From: Andalucia godoyi And28
Taxonomy: Eukaryota; Protista; Jakobida
Assembly: GCA_009859145.1 (NCBI GenBank)
Contig: VRVR01000047.1
Coordinates: forward strand, 4,934-68,933
Direction of reading: 5' to 3'
Length of the DNA: 64,000 bases
The notes beneath the pieces were generated by a model, which was not told the origin of the DNA, ran no database searches, and saw nothing but the letters and a program-made list of their open reading frames with translations. Position 1 is the first letter of the stretch. Every line of letters starts with the position of its first letter. The translations under genes and the position numbers were made by a program. Below are positions 53,008-64,000 of the stretch, piece by piece.

Positions 53008-54774
53008 TTACAGTGCTTGATACTTCTTGTTGAATGATTGGGATCGTGGTCGCGTCTGAGCACCCTCTTCCGCCAAAAGACGATCCGCTTGTCTGCAGCT
53101 GCCCTTTGGTGTATTCGCATTCTCCTTGTCCTCGTTGTCCTGCTTTTCTGGTGAGGCTGGGTCGGCAGTCGACGCAGGAATCCCAGCTGGGGCAGGAGCA
53201 CTTGCCGACGGTTTCGCTGCTGCTGTGGGGGTCAGGGATGGATCCATGGGCCGCAGTGCATATGCGGAATACGAACGAGGACGAGTGCCAGCAGAGGACG
53301 CGGCTTCTTCCTTGGCCATAGCTGCAGTCGATGTTCCGAGATCAACCTCAAACAAGCAGAAGCGTGAAGACACGACTGCCGGCGCTACGCGGCCGCCCAA
53401 CATCAGCAACAACCCGACCGTTTTCTCCGAAGAAGTCGTTCCCGAGGGCAGAAATGCAGATGCAACCATACCGGTTGTCGACAGATCCAAGTCACGCACA
53501 CGCGACCAGCGGAACACATCGCCGTCTACCTCCTTCTTCATATTCTTTTCAGAATCTCTTCTGGATATTCCTGGCTTGCCATCCATGGAGCCAGCATCAG
53601 CGGGAGATGCAACAGACGAAACAAGCTCCAAATCGTAAATGGATTTCTTGTAGTGGACTTTCTTCGGATCTTCTGTGAACGTCTCTGATCCTCCAATTAG
53701 CCAAATCCGTTGGAAACCAGCACGATCAAACGATGCCACGGCACACTCGGCACGCGGAGGCGGCTGAGAACCACGGGTCTTGATTTTCGACCATTTTCCA
53801 TCTGCGGGCTGCACAAGTGGGTTCAGCAACATGAACCTCCACACTTCATCGGAAGCCTCGAAGTACGAGGCAGGGTCTTCCAAGTTGTTCTTTTGCTTTC
53901 CCCCTTGTGCTTTCAGCTTTGCAAAGATGGAAACCCAGCCACCAACAAGCACCAGCGAAGCCGCCTTTCCGTCCGACGCGTGGTCCGTCATCCACACAAG
54001 TGCGTGTCCAGCACGGCCTCCAGGGCCCTGGTCCTCCAAGTCGTCGGATGTTGGATGATGGACGCCATCGGATACCATAAACGATGTCATCGAAACCAAG
54101 TCCAATCCCCAACAATCGTGGCGCAGCTGGACGGATTCATCTCCATTTGTGACAATACCGCTGGTATTGTTGTTGTTGTTGTTGCCTGTGGTGTTGCCTG
54201 TGGTGTTGCCTGTGGTGTTGCCTCCTGCGGTGTTGGAATTGGAACTGGAATTGTCTTTCTTGGAGCTCTTTGCAGTTGAAAACCCGCGGTTTGCGATTCC
54301 GCCATGGACGTATACAATTCCTTGAGGCGAAACGCAAATTGCAGCCGAACAACGAGGCTCAAAAGCTGGTCCGACAACCTGTGCATCACACTGGCTCCAT
54401 TTGAAAGTTGCTGTATCAAACTCCCAAATGTCCGACAGAACCTTGGCCACGTTGTTGGAGTCGACCGTGAATCCTCCAAACAAGTAGAGCTTGTCTTGGA
54501 ACGACACCATGGACGCAAGAGCTCGTGGACAGGGCTGCAGATTCATGCTTGCCGACAGCCTGCCTGACTTCAGCACTGCATTTGTATTATCGCACAGCAC
54601 CGACCAGTCTTCCGAGCGCGGGTTGAACAAATACAGTGCGTTGGAATAGCCAGAAGCGTCCGACACGGAACACGTGCCTCCGAAAACATACACGAGCGAC
54701 TCGCACACTGCACTGCACGAATGCGCAAGGCACGTCGCAAACGAAACCGACCCCGACGCGCGAGTTTTCAGCAT
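53008..54774 (-). CDS. Kelch-repeat protein
   Basis: Repeated YVFGG/YLFGG/YVHGG/LVGG/LIGG kelch motifs with PxPR-AxH leaders. ATG is at 54774. Confidence 0.88.
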   Translation of the reverse strand: MLKTRASGSVSFATCLAHSCSAVCESLVYVFGGTCSVSDASGYSNALYLFNPRSEDWSVLCDNTNAVLKSGRLSASMNLQPCPRALASMVSFQDKLYLFGGFTVDSNNVAKVLSDIWEFDTATFKWSQCDAQVVGPAFEPRCSAAICVSPQGIVYVHGGIANRGFSTAKSSKKDNSSSNSNTAGGNTTGNTTGNTTGNNNNNNTSGIVTNGDESVQLRHDCWGLDLVSMTSFMVSDGVHHPTSDDLEDQGPGGRAGHALVWMTDHASDGKAASLVLVGGWVSIFAKLKAQGGKQKNNLEDPASYFEASDEVWRFMLLNPLVQPADGKWSKIKTRGSQPPPRAECAVASFDRAGFQRIWLIGGSETFTEDPKKVHYKKSIYDLELVSSVASPADAGSMDGKPGISRRDSEKNMKKEVDGDVFRWSRVRDLDLSTTGMVASAFLPSGTTSSEKTVGLLLMLGGRVAPAVVSSRFCLFEVDLGTSTAAMAKEEAASSAGTRPRSYSAYALRPMDPSLTPTAAAKPSASAPAPAGIPASTADPASPEKQDNEDKENANTPKGSCRQADRLLAEEGAQTRPRSQSFNKKYQAL

Positions 54775-55453
54775 CTTTGGACTGAACAAACAGTTATGAA
54801 GAGGAGCGAGAAGCAAAAAACCAAAAACAAAATAATTTTTTAATTCAACAAATCTAAAAGAAGAGGAGACAGAAGACAGAAACGAAGGACTGCAAGGACT
54901 GCACGACGGAGACACGGACACACGAGCCAGTCTGACACGAGAGAGAAAATGTCAAGGATGTCAGAGCCGGCACACTGGGCGGGCTTTGTCGGTTTTTTCC
55001 TTCATCCAGAGGGAAATCCACCAGCAGCCCAGCAAGCCAGCCACACCTACGTCGGGAGTCGAGGTCGTCTGCGCAGCTATTCACGTGGCGAGTAGTGCAG
55101 CAGCAAATCAGCTATGCCCGGAAAGTCCGGAACGCTCAAGCAGCTAGTCTCCAGTCTCACATGCAGCCCAAGCCAGCATCGCTCTTTTGCATTGCGGCAA
55201 ATCACAATGCAAAACAAAAACAAAAATGAAAGCCACCGCTCCGCTTAACACAGACTCACTACACGACTGATCCGCTCACTCGTTTCGTTCTATTTTGTCG
55301 ATTGCTTTGATTGTGTTCAGCGATATTAAGAGTATTGGTTGCATTGGTTTGGTTTTGTTGGTTTTGTTGGTTTTGTTGGTTTTGTTGGTTTTGTTTTGGT
55401 TTTGTTTTGTTTTGATTTTTTTTGAGGAGAGGCTGGAAGTAGGCGGTGAACCA

Positions 55454-57178
55454 ATGGGCAACAAGCACAAAATTCTTCCTTTGCTTGCGGGTCTGTTTAT
55501 GACTGCGGCCTTTATCATGGTTGTTACTGGTCTTTCTCTCGTCGATTGGCTCGATGGCGACGCTGAATACTCGGTTATCCAGCAGACTTCTTCCTCTTCT
55601 TCATCGTCTGCGTCGTACTCGGGTTCAAAGGGCACGGACTTTGGATCGTCGATGGAAGAGGTCGCGCGTAATGGAATTCCGTCGTTTTTGTGCCAGTCTT
55701 GCTCTGGGGGCCGAGGAGGCGGCGAGATGGCGACGCTGGATGCGAGTTTGGGGTCGAGCTCGGTGTCGCTACGTGAGAATGAAAACACGACGGTTATTAA
55801 CATGAAGTTTGATGTGTGGATTGGACTGTTGCAATTGTCACTGAAGCAGGACGGGTTCCGATTCTGGCTTCAGTGGGACTCGCTGCGTCGAAACAACCCG
55901 CAGTTTTCTCTGTATCAGTTCCAGATCGCTGGTCGAGGATGCATTGCGCTGTGCTTGATTGGCCTAGGGTTCCTGATCTGCTCGTTTGTGTGTGGAGTGC
56001 TCGCACCCCAGAAGCGGAAGGCGGGAAAACAGCGGATGCTTCGGCTTGTAGCAGTGTGTCTGGCGTTTGTCGCGACGGCGTGGTTTGAGGTTGCGGTCAT
56101 CGTGTACGCCGCGCAACTTCCAGAAAAGATGTTCACGGACTCTGACCAGTTCAAGGTGCTCAAGGAGGAGTACAAGTATGGAACGTGCTTTTATCTGGTC
56201 ATCTTTGGCGGAATTGCAACGGGCATTGGTGCCGTCTTGCTCATGATGTGGAGACCTCCCAAGGAGCGTGCAGTGGAAAAGGCAATGCGTACTCCGGGGG
56301 TTACGCATTCGCAGGCGGTTGCGCAGGTGAATGCAGAAACAGAGCGGCAGACCCGTGCGGAGCAGTACTTTGTGCGCCAGAAAAAGTCTCTTGCGTTGGC
56401 AGCAATCGTTCTTGCTGGAATCGCAGCTTGCTTCATCACTGCTGGCACCGCGCTGACCGCTTGGGAAGAGCAGGACTATGTTGTGGAGGGCATTTCTGGT
56501 CCAAGTCGAACAACTCGTAGTTTGCAAGCCGTCAACATTGCAGTTGGGCTTGAATTCATTCGCGGTGACGTGGGCTGCTTCAGCTTCCAAACCACCTGGG
56601 AAGACCTCAAGAACTACTATGACCGGCCGGAGTTTGAGGGAGATCCCAATGCAAAGAGCCAGTCGGACCTGTACGAAAAGTATCGGTCGGCCGGAATCGT
56701 GGCACTCTTGGTGTTCTCTGGAAGCATCATCGCCGTCATCGTGTTCTTCATGGTTTCCACGTGGTACATGATCTTCCTGAGACCTCGCATTTTCCTCCGA
56801 TCTCTTACCACGTTCCTTGGATTCGGGTCCACTGCTGGAACGATCGCAGGGCTTATTTTGTGGTCAGCAATCCGTCCCCATGATGATTTGTTGGTATTCT
56901 TTTCTTCGCGGCCCGGAACGAGCATCCAGCAACATGACAAGCAAGTCTTCGCGTCGACTTCCTTGTACCTGGTGGTTTTTGGTGCAGTTGTCATGGCTAT
57001 CTCTGCAAGCCTCATGTTTTTCTTCCGCCCAGTCGTCGTCGAGGATTCGCCTGTGGACTATGATGAGAGTGAAAAGCTGGAGGAAGAAGCCGCGTCGAGC
57101 GCATCAGCTTCCGCCGCACCGTCTGCAGCTGCCTCCTCGTCTTCCTCCACGAGCGCAATGCGAACCGTTCGTGTGTGA
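55454..57178 (+). CDS. Eight-TM protein of two tandem claudin/PMP22-like 4-TM modules
   Basis: Each half has TM1 ending in W, a large loop with xGL motif and W(D/E)xL, then three TMs ending Y/S(F/L)YLV(I/V)FG. Confidence 0.7.
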   Translation: MGNKHKILPLLAGLFMTAAFIMVVTGLSLVDWLDGDAEYSVIQQTSSSSSSSASYSGSKGTDFGSSMEEVARNGIPSFLCQSCSGGRGGGEMATLDASLGSSSVSLRENENTTVINMKFDVWIGLLQLSLKQDGFRFWLQWDSLRRNNPQFSLYQFQIAGRGCIALCLIGLGFLICSFVCGVLAPQKRKAGKQRMLRLVAVCLAFVATAWFEVAVIVYAAQLPEKMFTDSDQFKVLKEEYKYGTCFYLVIFGGIATGIGAVLLMMWRPPKERAVEKAMRTPGVTHSQAVAQVNAETERQTRAEQYFVRQKKSLALAAIVLAGIAACFITAGTALTAWEEQDYVVEGISGPSRTTRSLQAVNIAVGLEFIRGDVGCFSFQTTWEDLKNYYDRPEFEGDPNAKSQSDLYEKYRSAGIVALLVFSGSIIAVIVFFMVSTWYMIFLRPRIFLRSLTTFLGFGSTAGTIAGLILWSAIRPHDDLLVFFSSRPGTSIQQHDKQVFASTSLYLVVFGAVVMAISASLMFFFRPVVVEDSPVDYDESEKLEEEAASSASASAAPSAAASSSSSTSAMRTVRV

Positions 57179-57404
57179 TTTTCCTCTGTCAGTATGTGCG
57201 TCCGTGCATGCATGCGTGTGTTTTTGCTTCCCATTGTGTACCTTGTCGAATAAAAAAACAACCTCGTGAGAAACCCCTCGTCGTGATTTGCATCTGATAA
57301 ATATGTTTATTACTACTTTTTGCTGTAATAATTTTAAAAAAAGAGAAGAGAAGGAGGGGAGGGGGAGGGGACCCCAGACAGACAAAGAGACATAAATTAG
57401 TAGG

Positions 57405-60400
57405 TCAAAAGGCGGGTTGGCACGGTTTGAAACGAAGGCACGATGTGACGTGATACGGCAGCAAATACGCTCGCTGTGCATCAGAGTAGCGAATGTCCAG
57501 GAAAGAGATCGACAAGATGCGTTGTGCAAGAGAATCCAACAAGCCGCTATCGACATCAAGCTGACGAGTCAAAGACACGGTTTCCCCAGAAAACCGAGAG
57601 ACCGAAAAGACGGCATCAATGGAAACTTCCACAGAGGCAATGAACATGTCCGACTCTGGAAACCGGATAGAAGCTGCTCGCAAATGGTCGTTCACATGAA
57701 AAATCCAGCCTCGGTGAAGGCCGAGCAGCGAAGGGCATCGAACAAGAGAATAGGGTGTTTCGTGCAGCATCTTGGCGGTCCCAAGCGTCAGCGCAAACGG
57801 GCGCACACTGGAAGGTCGGATGCTCACAAACTGAATGGAGTCGATCATGGAGACTACGGAAGCATCGGCTTGCAGAAACCGCTCCGTGAAAAGCGCTGGA
57901 TCATCGCCCCAGGAATCGTCAATTTTGGTCAAGACAACCGTCCACCTTGTGTTGCTTCGCATGCTCGACAGCAAAGCGGATTTCCAGTGTTTGATCACTT
58001 CGGATACCACGCCTTCGACAAAGGCGGATGCCGTGTGAACCCCAGTCTGCGTTGGCTTGACCGTAAAACGAAGACGGAACTCACCACGATCATCTACGGC
58101 ACACACAAACTGCTTTTGGAACGAATAGGCAACGAACATGACCTTGGAAAACAGCTGTGTCGACTGCAGACCAAGACGGCAGTGCACAGGATCGTCGACA
58201 ACAAAAGGAGGGCCTTGCAAGGCGTTGAACAATTCGAAAGACACTCGCCGCAGTGTAGATGATAACTGCGACGTATGGAACAGGACTTCTTGCGGTCTGA
58301 TGTGGAGAATGCGAACCCAGACGTTCTTCGTTTTCCAATAGCTGATCAGGGATTCCTCTTCCGCAAAATAACTGGCAGATCCATCAAACTCGGAGCAGAG
58401 CAGAAGGATCCCGATTTTGCGAACGCCGCCCGAAGGCGGAACCGCTGATGGCGTGCGAACGTCTGACGAGGAGCTGAAGGGCGATGTTGTCGAAGAACCT
58501 GCAACAGGTGATTGGCCACTTTCGTCTGCTTCTATGATGTTCTTGATGTCTATGTTCACCTTCTGCAACACGGCAAGAATCTTGGACGGTACAGAACTTG
58601 AAAGTGGATCCGATGCGCCACTGCTGCCAGATGACTGAGCAAGATTCTGCAGGCTGGACGCCGACGAGTTGCTGGACGTCGATCCGGAGCTGGCGAGTGC
58701 GCCGGTACACAATACCGACGACCTCTTTCGCAAGGATCCGAAACAGCAGTCAGAAAATGTTCCGTGAACATTTGTCGCGAAAAACTGCAAGGAAGACTCC
58801 CATTGACGATGATCGACGAGACCGTAGTCGGGAAACGTTTGGTCTGTCGAGACAACGAGCAGATGCGCCTGTTCTGACGAAACGGGGGGTGCAAACGGCT
58901 GGATGTTCGAGGATGCCCAACTTGGTACAATGGATGGGAAAACTGCCAAGTAGTCACTTTTTAGTCCACACAAAATGTTCGGCGGATAAAGACGCGTAAT
59001 GCTGCATTCGTGTCCGTTGGACTCGATAAACCGGGGATCGACATATTCTTGCAAATAAGACGGAGGCTCTGGGGAAAACAGCAAGTCGTCCACCAGCAAA
59101 TCCACGGAAACAATGTGCTGCGACGCAAACGAAATTTTGTACGCTTTTTCCCTCCACGATGAATACGAGTTTCCGAAGTCGGGGCCTTCGCTGGATGACG
59201 ATAGAACCGCTGTGGAGGAAAAATCTTGCTCATACATTACCGAAGACGCCTGGACGCTTTCAAGCACTGTGATCCACTCCTGGCTCTCCGACACAGACAT
59301 TTCGTACTCAGCTGCACTCTTTTCCGCGGGGCCATCGACCTCAGACAACATGTGCGGCGAGTTGCAGTTGGAGTTCGAGGTAAGCTTCGGGGATATCGAC
59401 CGGATCTTGAAATCGTGGTCGTAGTCCGTCTCAGAACCGGCAGACACAATATCTCGCAGGCGAGAAAGAGCGACCGTCGACATATTCTGAAACGAACTAG
59501 AAACGCTCGCATTCGAGAGCGATGACGCATCATGACTCAATCCATTGGGCTGATGATCCTGCAAAGAAGAGAAATCCGGAACACTCTCTCGGTACTCCCG
59601 TGACACGTCCAGCGACCCTTCTGACAGGAACTTTTCCACCAGCGACGGATCCGAATAGCTGGCCGGACCATTGACGGGCTCCACGCTGTGATTGTTACTG
59701 CGTAAACTCCACGGAGATGAGCCAGAGCTCGCCGGCACCGGTTGAGTGCGCGAGGCTAAGCGACGTTTCATATCTTCCAAGCGTCTCTTTGTTTCTTGCA
59801 TTCTCATTTTAGCCTGTTCCGCCGCAGGCCGTTCAACAGCCTTCGGTTCGCTGCGAACCTGGGGCAACGATGGAGACAGCGATGGAAAAGACTTTGGAGG
59901 ATCCGGCTTTGGTTCGTCCGAGTAAAACGAGTCTAGAACGCTCTCCATTCCTCCTCCTTCGGATTTGACGAATGCATTATCCATGCTATTGCCAATCGCT
60001 ATTCTTTTCAGAGCATTGATACGATCGCCAGGAAAAGACGGATCGACAATTGGTGCAAACGAATTCAATCCAACACCTGTGAGTGGCGATGGACTGAACA
60101 CTCGTCCACCGCTCAGCAGGCCATCCGAAATGGGGCCGGCATGAATCCCAGTTTTTCCGTCTGCAGAAAGTCCAACGGGAACGGGATCCAGCGACGAGTC
60201 AATGTCCATTGGGTCCGCTATGGGCGGAATGTCCATTCCTGGAGACAGCGAGTGTGCAGATCCCGAAAACGACCCTGGAAGGGAACCAGAAGGACTTGCT
60301 CGAGAAAACACAGACAAGTACTGGCCGCCAGAAGAAGACTTTGGCGGAGGATCTAGACTGGTAACTGGTGTTCCTCGCACGACTTCTATGGAAATGGCAG

Positions 60401-61400
60401 CGGAAGCGGAAGATGCAGAAACCACTGGTCTCTTGTGCACCGATGCCAGCGTGCCCCCGCCGCTGACGCCCTGCATCTGACCTGCAGGGACGGGAACCAG
60501 AACCGGAGGCTTCATGAACGTTTTTCTCAAAGGCCGATTCGCGACTATCCTTTCTTGGCTTCCGGGGCTTGTCGGCTCTGCAAGGTCTTCGGTATCCATC
60601 GGTCTCGGCATCTTTTCCATTTCATCGTCGTCTTGATCAAACGACGTATTTCCATCATTCAACACGCCCTCCATTGCGATCTTGTCATCCCCCTCGGTGA
60701 TTACAATCGACATGCTCCTCGCTTTCTCAACCGGAGCGGCCGTTGTCTTCTTCTTCTTGTCTGGAAACATGACAGCAATTCCCGGAAACAGACTCGAAGG
60801 TCCGTTCCATCGATCAAACGACATTCGCACAACGGGGTGGTACAAAATGCCAGCCGAAGACGACCAGAACTGGCAGTCATACATCCTTGGCAACACAGAA
60901 AGCAGCGCCTCAATCCCTCTGCTCATTAACTCGTCCTTCTCTGCTATTTGTGCGTAACCGCACTTTGCAAGCAGTCCAGTGCACGCAGCCAGGTTGACGA
61001 GACCTCCTTCTTCCTGATGAGCTCCAAGAGTGCGCTTCTCATTACTTCCAACGGACGAAGCTGAGGCCGAAGATTTGAGTCTATAATCCAAAAACCGACG
61101 AACCACTCCTTCTCGATCCAGCATGAACTTCTCGAGTTTCTTGAACGCAGACGCAGGGATCACGAATACAAACGGTTGTGTCTGCGGAATAAACGTCGAT
61201 GAATGCTGGCGCGGAGTCTGCAGCGTGCATGGAAACACAACACAGTCGTGCGAGCACGTCACAAGAACATGACAACACCTCCGAATCGACTGTTCGGAAT
61301 ACTTTGGCGATGAAAACAGTGCTATTGAAGACTGTGGACATAGCAAAAACAAATTCACTCTTGCAGAAGATGCGCTCGTACTGCCCGCAGAGTAAGGCAT
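57405..61400 (-). CDS. MED13: Mediator subunit Med13-like protein
   Basis: About 1330 aa with a long disordered middle and C-terminal FVAYSF..QFVCAVDDRGEF, WTVVLTK and LPYH motifs resembling the Med13 C-terminus. Confidence 0.55.
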   Translation of the reverse strand: MPYSAGSTSASSARVNLFLLCPQSSIALFSSPKYSEQSIRRCCHVLVTCSHDCVVFPCTLQTPRQHSSTFIPQTQPFVFVIPASAFKKLEKFMLDREGVVRRFLDYRLKSSASASSVGSNEKRTLGAHQEEGGLVNLAACTGLLAKCGYAQIAEKDELMSRGIEALLSVLPRMYDCQFWSSSAGILYHPVVRMSFDRWNGPSSLFPGIAVMFPDKKKKTTAAPVEKARSMSIVITEGDDKIAMEGVLNDGNTSFDQDDDEMEKMPRPMDTEDLAEPTSPGSQERIVANRPLRKTFMKPPVLVPVPAGQMQGVSGGGTLASVHKRPVVSASSASAAISIEVVRGTPVTSLDPPPKSSSGGQYLSVFSRASPSGSLPGSFSGSAHSLSPGMDIPPIADPMDIDSSLDPVPVGLSADGKTGIHAGPISDGLLSGGRVFSPSPLTGVGLNSFAPIVDPSFPGDRINALKRIAIGNSMDNAFVKSEGGGMESVLDSFYSDEPKPDPPKSFPSLSPSLPQVRSEPKAVERPAAEQAKMRMQETKRRLEDMKRRLASRTQPVPASSGSSPWSLRSNNHSVEPVNGPASYSDPSLVEKFLSEGSLDVSREYRESVPDFSSLQDHQPNGLSHDASSLSNASVSSSFQNMSTVALSRLRDIVSAGSETDYDHDFKIRSISPKLTSNSNCNSPHMLSEVDGPAEKSAAEYEMSVSESQEWITVLESVQASSVMYEQDFSSTAVLSSSSEGPDFGNSYSSWREKAYKISFASQHIVSVDLLVDDLLFSPEPPSYLQEYVDPRFIESNGHECSITRLYPPNILCGLKSDYLAVFPSIVPSWASSNIQPFAPPVSSEQAHLLVVSTDQTFPDYGLVDHRQWESSLQFFATNVHGTFSDCCFGSLRKRSSVLCTGALASSGSTSSNSSASSLQNLAQSSGSSGASDPLSSSVPSKILAVLQKVNIDIKNIIEADESGQSPVAGSSTTSPFSSSSDVRTPSAVPPSGGVRKIGILLLCSEFDGSASYFAEEESLISYWKTKNVWVRILHIRPQEVLFHTSQLSSTLRRVSFELFNALQGPPFVVDDPVHCRLGLQSTQLFSKVMFVAYSFQKQFVCAVDDRGEFRLRFTVKPTQTGVHTASAFVEGVVSEVIKHWKSALLSSMRSNTRWTVVLTKIDDSWGDDPALFTERFLQADASVVSMIDSIQFVSIRPSSVRPFALTLGTAKMLHETPYSLVRCPSLLGLHRGWIFHVNDHLRAASIRFPESDMFIASVEVSIDAVFSVSRFSGETVSLTRQLDVDSGLLDSLAQRILSISFLDIRYSDAQRAYLLPYHVTSCLRFKPCQPAF

Positions 61401-61502
61401 CCCTCGCTCTATCTCTGATGTATTTTGTCGTGTGACCAACTCTAATAACAAGAAACAAAAAAGAATTTACAAAGATGCATATAATTTACAAAAAAAAAAA
61501 CA

Positions 61503-61574
61503 GAGCACAGAGAGACAGAGAGACAGAGAGAGAGACACAGAGAGAGAGAGAGAGAGTGTGTGTGTGTGTGTGTG
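61503..61574. repeat. (GA)n/(GT)n compound microsatellite in a divergent promoter region
   Basis: Dinucleotide runs between the Med13-like and DENN genes. Confidence 0.9.
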
Positions 61575-61809
61575 CTCCAAAGCCTCAATTGATTCAAAAC
61601 TGCGGCAGAAAAATCGGCCCTCGCTGCAGTCTGAACGTCACTGTCTGCCGTAGTCATGCAGCTCGCAGTTGGAACAGCTCGACAGCTTTCATGGCGGAAG
61701 AAAATTACAGGAAACCGAAGAAGGACGGTAGGGAGAAGGAAACAACAGTCCAGGACTCCAAGATAACGGCTGGAGGACACCCGCCAGTGGATAGAGGATA
61801 GAGGAGGAT

Positions 61810-64000
61810 ATGATCCATTCGACAAGCATTGCGGAGTTTGATATTGATGTTGGAAACACGTTGAGCGTGGTTTATCCGTTGAGAGCGTTTGATTGCTGTG
61901 CGCTGTCGCTGAATTACATTGCGGACCACTGTCTTCCGGATGGCGGACACGCATTTACTTCGGATTCGACGTACTTTACATTGAGCCGAGAGGAGTTTTT
62001 CAAACGGCCTGTTCCGAGCGATGCGCCGTCTGAGCTTTTTGGATTTGCGTACTTCGTGAATGTGCGGGATGAAACGGTGCGACGAGGGGCGGTGCAGAAG
62101 TCGATTGTGGTAATATCGTCGTACAGAATGACGGACATGTTTATTCCGCTGTACAAGGCGTGCATGGACCGCTTCATGACGTCGCCGAGTGTTGTGCTGT
62201 TGCAGCATCTGTATGAGGGAATTCACAAGGCGATCGTGATGCAGTCGACTTCGGTAACGTTGTTCCAGAAGCTGGAGGACGTCGCGCCGTTTCACATGCA
62301 TATTGTGCTGCCTCCACGAGACGAATGGACACAAATATCAGTCAAGGACTTCGTGAAGCGCTTTGGAACGGATGTGCTGTACATTCGGTCTGCGCTCCTC
62401 TTGAAATGCAGAGTCATGATTGTCGGAACTCCCGCTTTCGATGTGTGCAATGCAGTCATTGCGTCGCTGTACTTGCTTGGCGACGACAGGCTGATGCCGC
62501 CTACCCCGTTCTCTCCGCACGTCTGTCTTGCGGACATGGACAGAATCATCGGCGCCAGTGCGTTCTTGTACGGAACAACAAACCGGCTGTTTGAAGAGCG
62601 GAAAGACTGGGCAGATGTCGTCGTCTCGTTCGAGTCCAACAAGGTGATCTTTTCAGAGTCTTCGGCACAAAAAATGGAAATCAAGAAAAATGTATCCTCC
62701 GCAGCACGAAGGCGGCTTCGATACGTTGTTTCGGGGATCCAGGAAGGAAGATCCGAGTCTTGGGTGCGTGTGCAAGTGGGCCATTTGGCAGCATTGGACA
62801 GACAGGACGATGGAACAAGCCCCATGTCCGAGCTGGGAGCCGCTGGGGGCAGTCCGTCGGCTTTAGCAGCACCCGGTAGTGGCGGAGGTGGCGGTGGGGG
62901 AAGCATGTTGCGACAGAGATTTTCGGAGCATCTTGAAAGGGATGCACAGGCTATCATCAAGGAGTTGCTGACCAGAAAAGAAGAGTTGGGACAATTGGAC
63001 AGAAGAAAGCTGTTGTATGAATTGTATAAGAAGTGCTCCACCCAAGGCACCTGGTCTCAGGCAAATCCACCTCTGACTGTGCCAACTTCTCCAACCCCGG
63101 CTCCGTCTCCGGCAGGCTCATCTCCTTCGTTCGCTGTCGTGGGTTCTCCTGCGGCATCGTCGCCGCAACCTGATCTGCTTTCGGCAACCGTGGAAGTTCC
63201 ACTGTCCTGCATTCTTGGGTTTCTTGACGATCAGTCTGCCCAGGTTCGGAAATACGCACTCTCGCTTCTGTCTCCCTGGGCAGCGATGGTCATTCTGAAC
63301 AGAGTCGTGAAGTTTTTGAATGACCCTATGCCGAACGTCGTCAATTCGGCGGCTCTTGTTTTGCTGCGGATTTCTGACTCTCCCTCGGGTGCACGTCTGA
63401 TTGCTCAGGACCCCGAAGCCGTGGAGTTTTTGATTTGCGCCCTGATGAATGATGAAGATGACATGGAGTATCGTAGCCGGGCGTGCTCAGTTTTGAGGAA
63501 TGTGTTCGCCTCGTGCTCGAGGCGGAATCAGAAGCTTTCCATGTTTGCTGGCGTTGAAGAGGAACCTCTGTTGGATTTGCCAACAGACCACGACAAGACC
63601 TCGCCGTTCTTTTTCTGCCAGCCTCCGAATATCATGACCCTGTCACGTTTGCAAGATCTTGCGTCGCGACTAAAGTCTGGTCCACGATCCAAGCTGTCGG
63701 ATTCTTTGTTGCTTCTACTCGACGAGTGGTCAACCAACTTGGACGGCTTGGTCCCTTCTGAAGGTGTCCGAGAGAGGATCCAGGATCTTTCATTTCCTGA
63801 CCTAGACGTCATGACTGGCTGCGCTTCCTCATTGCTGATGAGCGTGAACTTGGACCGCATTCTGCTTTTGCAGTGCATCCATTCAGACGTGGTTTCGATT
63901 CTGCTAATGTCGATCACCCTTCGGTCGGGCGAGCACCAACTGTGCCGACTTTCCTATGCTTTGCTGTCGCTGGTCGCAGATACAAATTACGGCTGCCGAA
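61810..64000 (+). CDS. Afi1/AVL9/DENND6-like DENN-domain protein with C-terminal HEAT/ARM-like repeats (3'-truncated by window edge)
   Basis: Own translation from ATG 61810: IAEFDIDVGNTL..YP, CLPDGGH..DSTYF, RDETVRRGAVQKSIVVIS, YGTTNRLF, then FLDDQSAQVRKYAL and LNDPMPNVVNSAA. It is absent from the ORF track because no stop falls in the window. Confidence 0.85.
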   Translation, partial: MIHSTSIAEFDIDVGNTLSVVYPLRAFDCCALSLNYIADHCLPDGGHAFTSDSTYFTLSREEFFKRPVPSDAPSELFGFAYFVNVRDETVRRGAVQKSIVVISSYRMTDMFIPLYKACMDRFMTSPSVVLLQHLYEGIHKAIVMQSTSVTLFQKLEDVAPFHMHIVLPPRDEWTQISVKDFVKRFGTDVLYIRSALLLKCRVMIVGTPAFDVCNAVIASLYLLGDDRLMPPTPFSPHVCLADMDRIIGASAFLYGTTNRLFEERKDWADVVVSFESNKVIFSESSAQKMEIKKNVSSAARRRLRYVVSGIQEGRSESWVRVQVGHLAALDRQDDGTSPMSELGAAGGSPSALAAPGSGGGGGGGSMLRQRFSEHLERDAQAIIKELLTRKEELGQLDRRKLLYELYKKCSTQGTWSQANPPLTVPTSPTPAPSPAGSSPSFAVVGSPAASSPQPDLLSATVEVPLSCILGFLDDQSAQVRKYALSLLSPWAAMVILNRVVKFLNDPMPNVVNSAALVLLRISDSPSGARLIAQDPEAVEFLICALMNDEDDMEYRSRACSVLRNVFASCSRRNQKLSMFAGVEEEPLLDLPTDHDKTSPFFFCQPPNIMTLSRLQDLASRLKSGPRSKLSDSLLLLLDEWSTNLDGLVPSEGVRERIQDLSFPDLDVMTGCASSLLMSVNLDRILLLQCIHSDVVSILLMSITLRSGEHQLCRLSYALLSLVADTNYGCR

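Overview
This is eukaryotic nuclear DNA from a gene-dense, intron-poor protist. It uses the standard genetic code, has short AT-rich or microsatellite spacers, and shows at least two GT-AG introns; the taxon cannot be fixed from sequence alone. It holds about 28 protein genes. Recognisable ones are muskelin, p24/TMED2, dynein light chain Roadblock, DNMT2, ZnT6, TPX2, an Aha1-N protein, nicastrin, a TMC-like channel, a Med13-like protein, an Afi1/DENN protein, and ankyrin, kelch and coiled-coil proteins. The main discovery lies in the intergenic gaps: five decayed, non-autonomous copies (at least 3 subfamilies) of an IS607-type element carrying a Fanzor2 (eukaryotic TnpB) gene, at about 4.1, 17.9, 22.9, 30.8 and 52.4 kb. 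The nuclease ORF is gutted by internal deletions, but recognisable HTH, RuvC and zinc-finger pieces survive. All five copies end in AATGTAGG. They keep a 3' region with covarying hairpins and a predicted CCTA/TAGG pseudoknot, which is a candidate omegaRNA scaffold with a different flank-derived guide at each locus. Left junctions suggest a GG crossover and a 5'-YTGG target/TAM. No TnpA recombinase or intact Fanzor is in the window. A second, unclassified dispersed repeat (3 copies) hosts one of the insertions.
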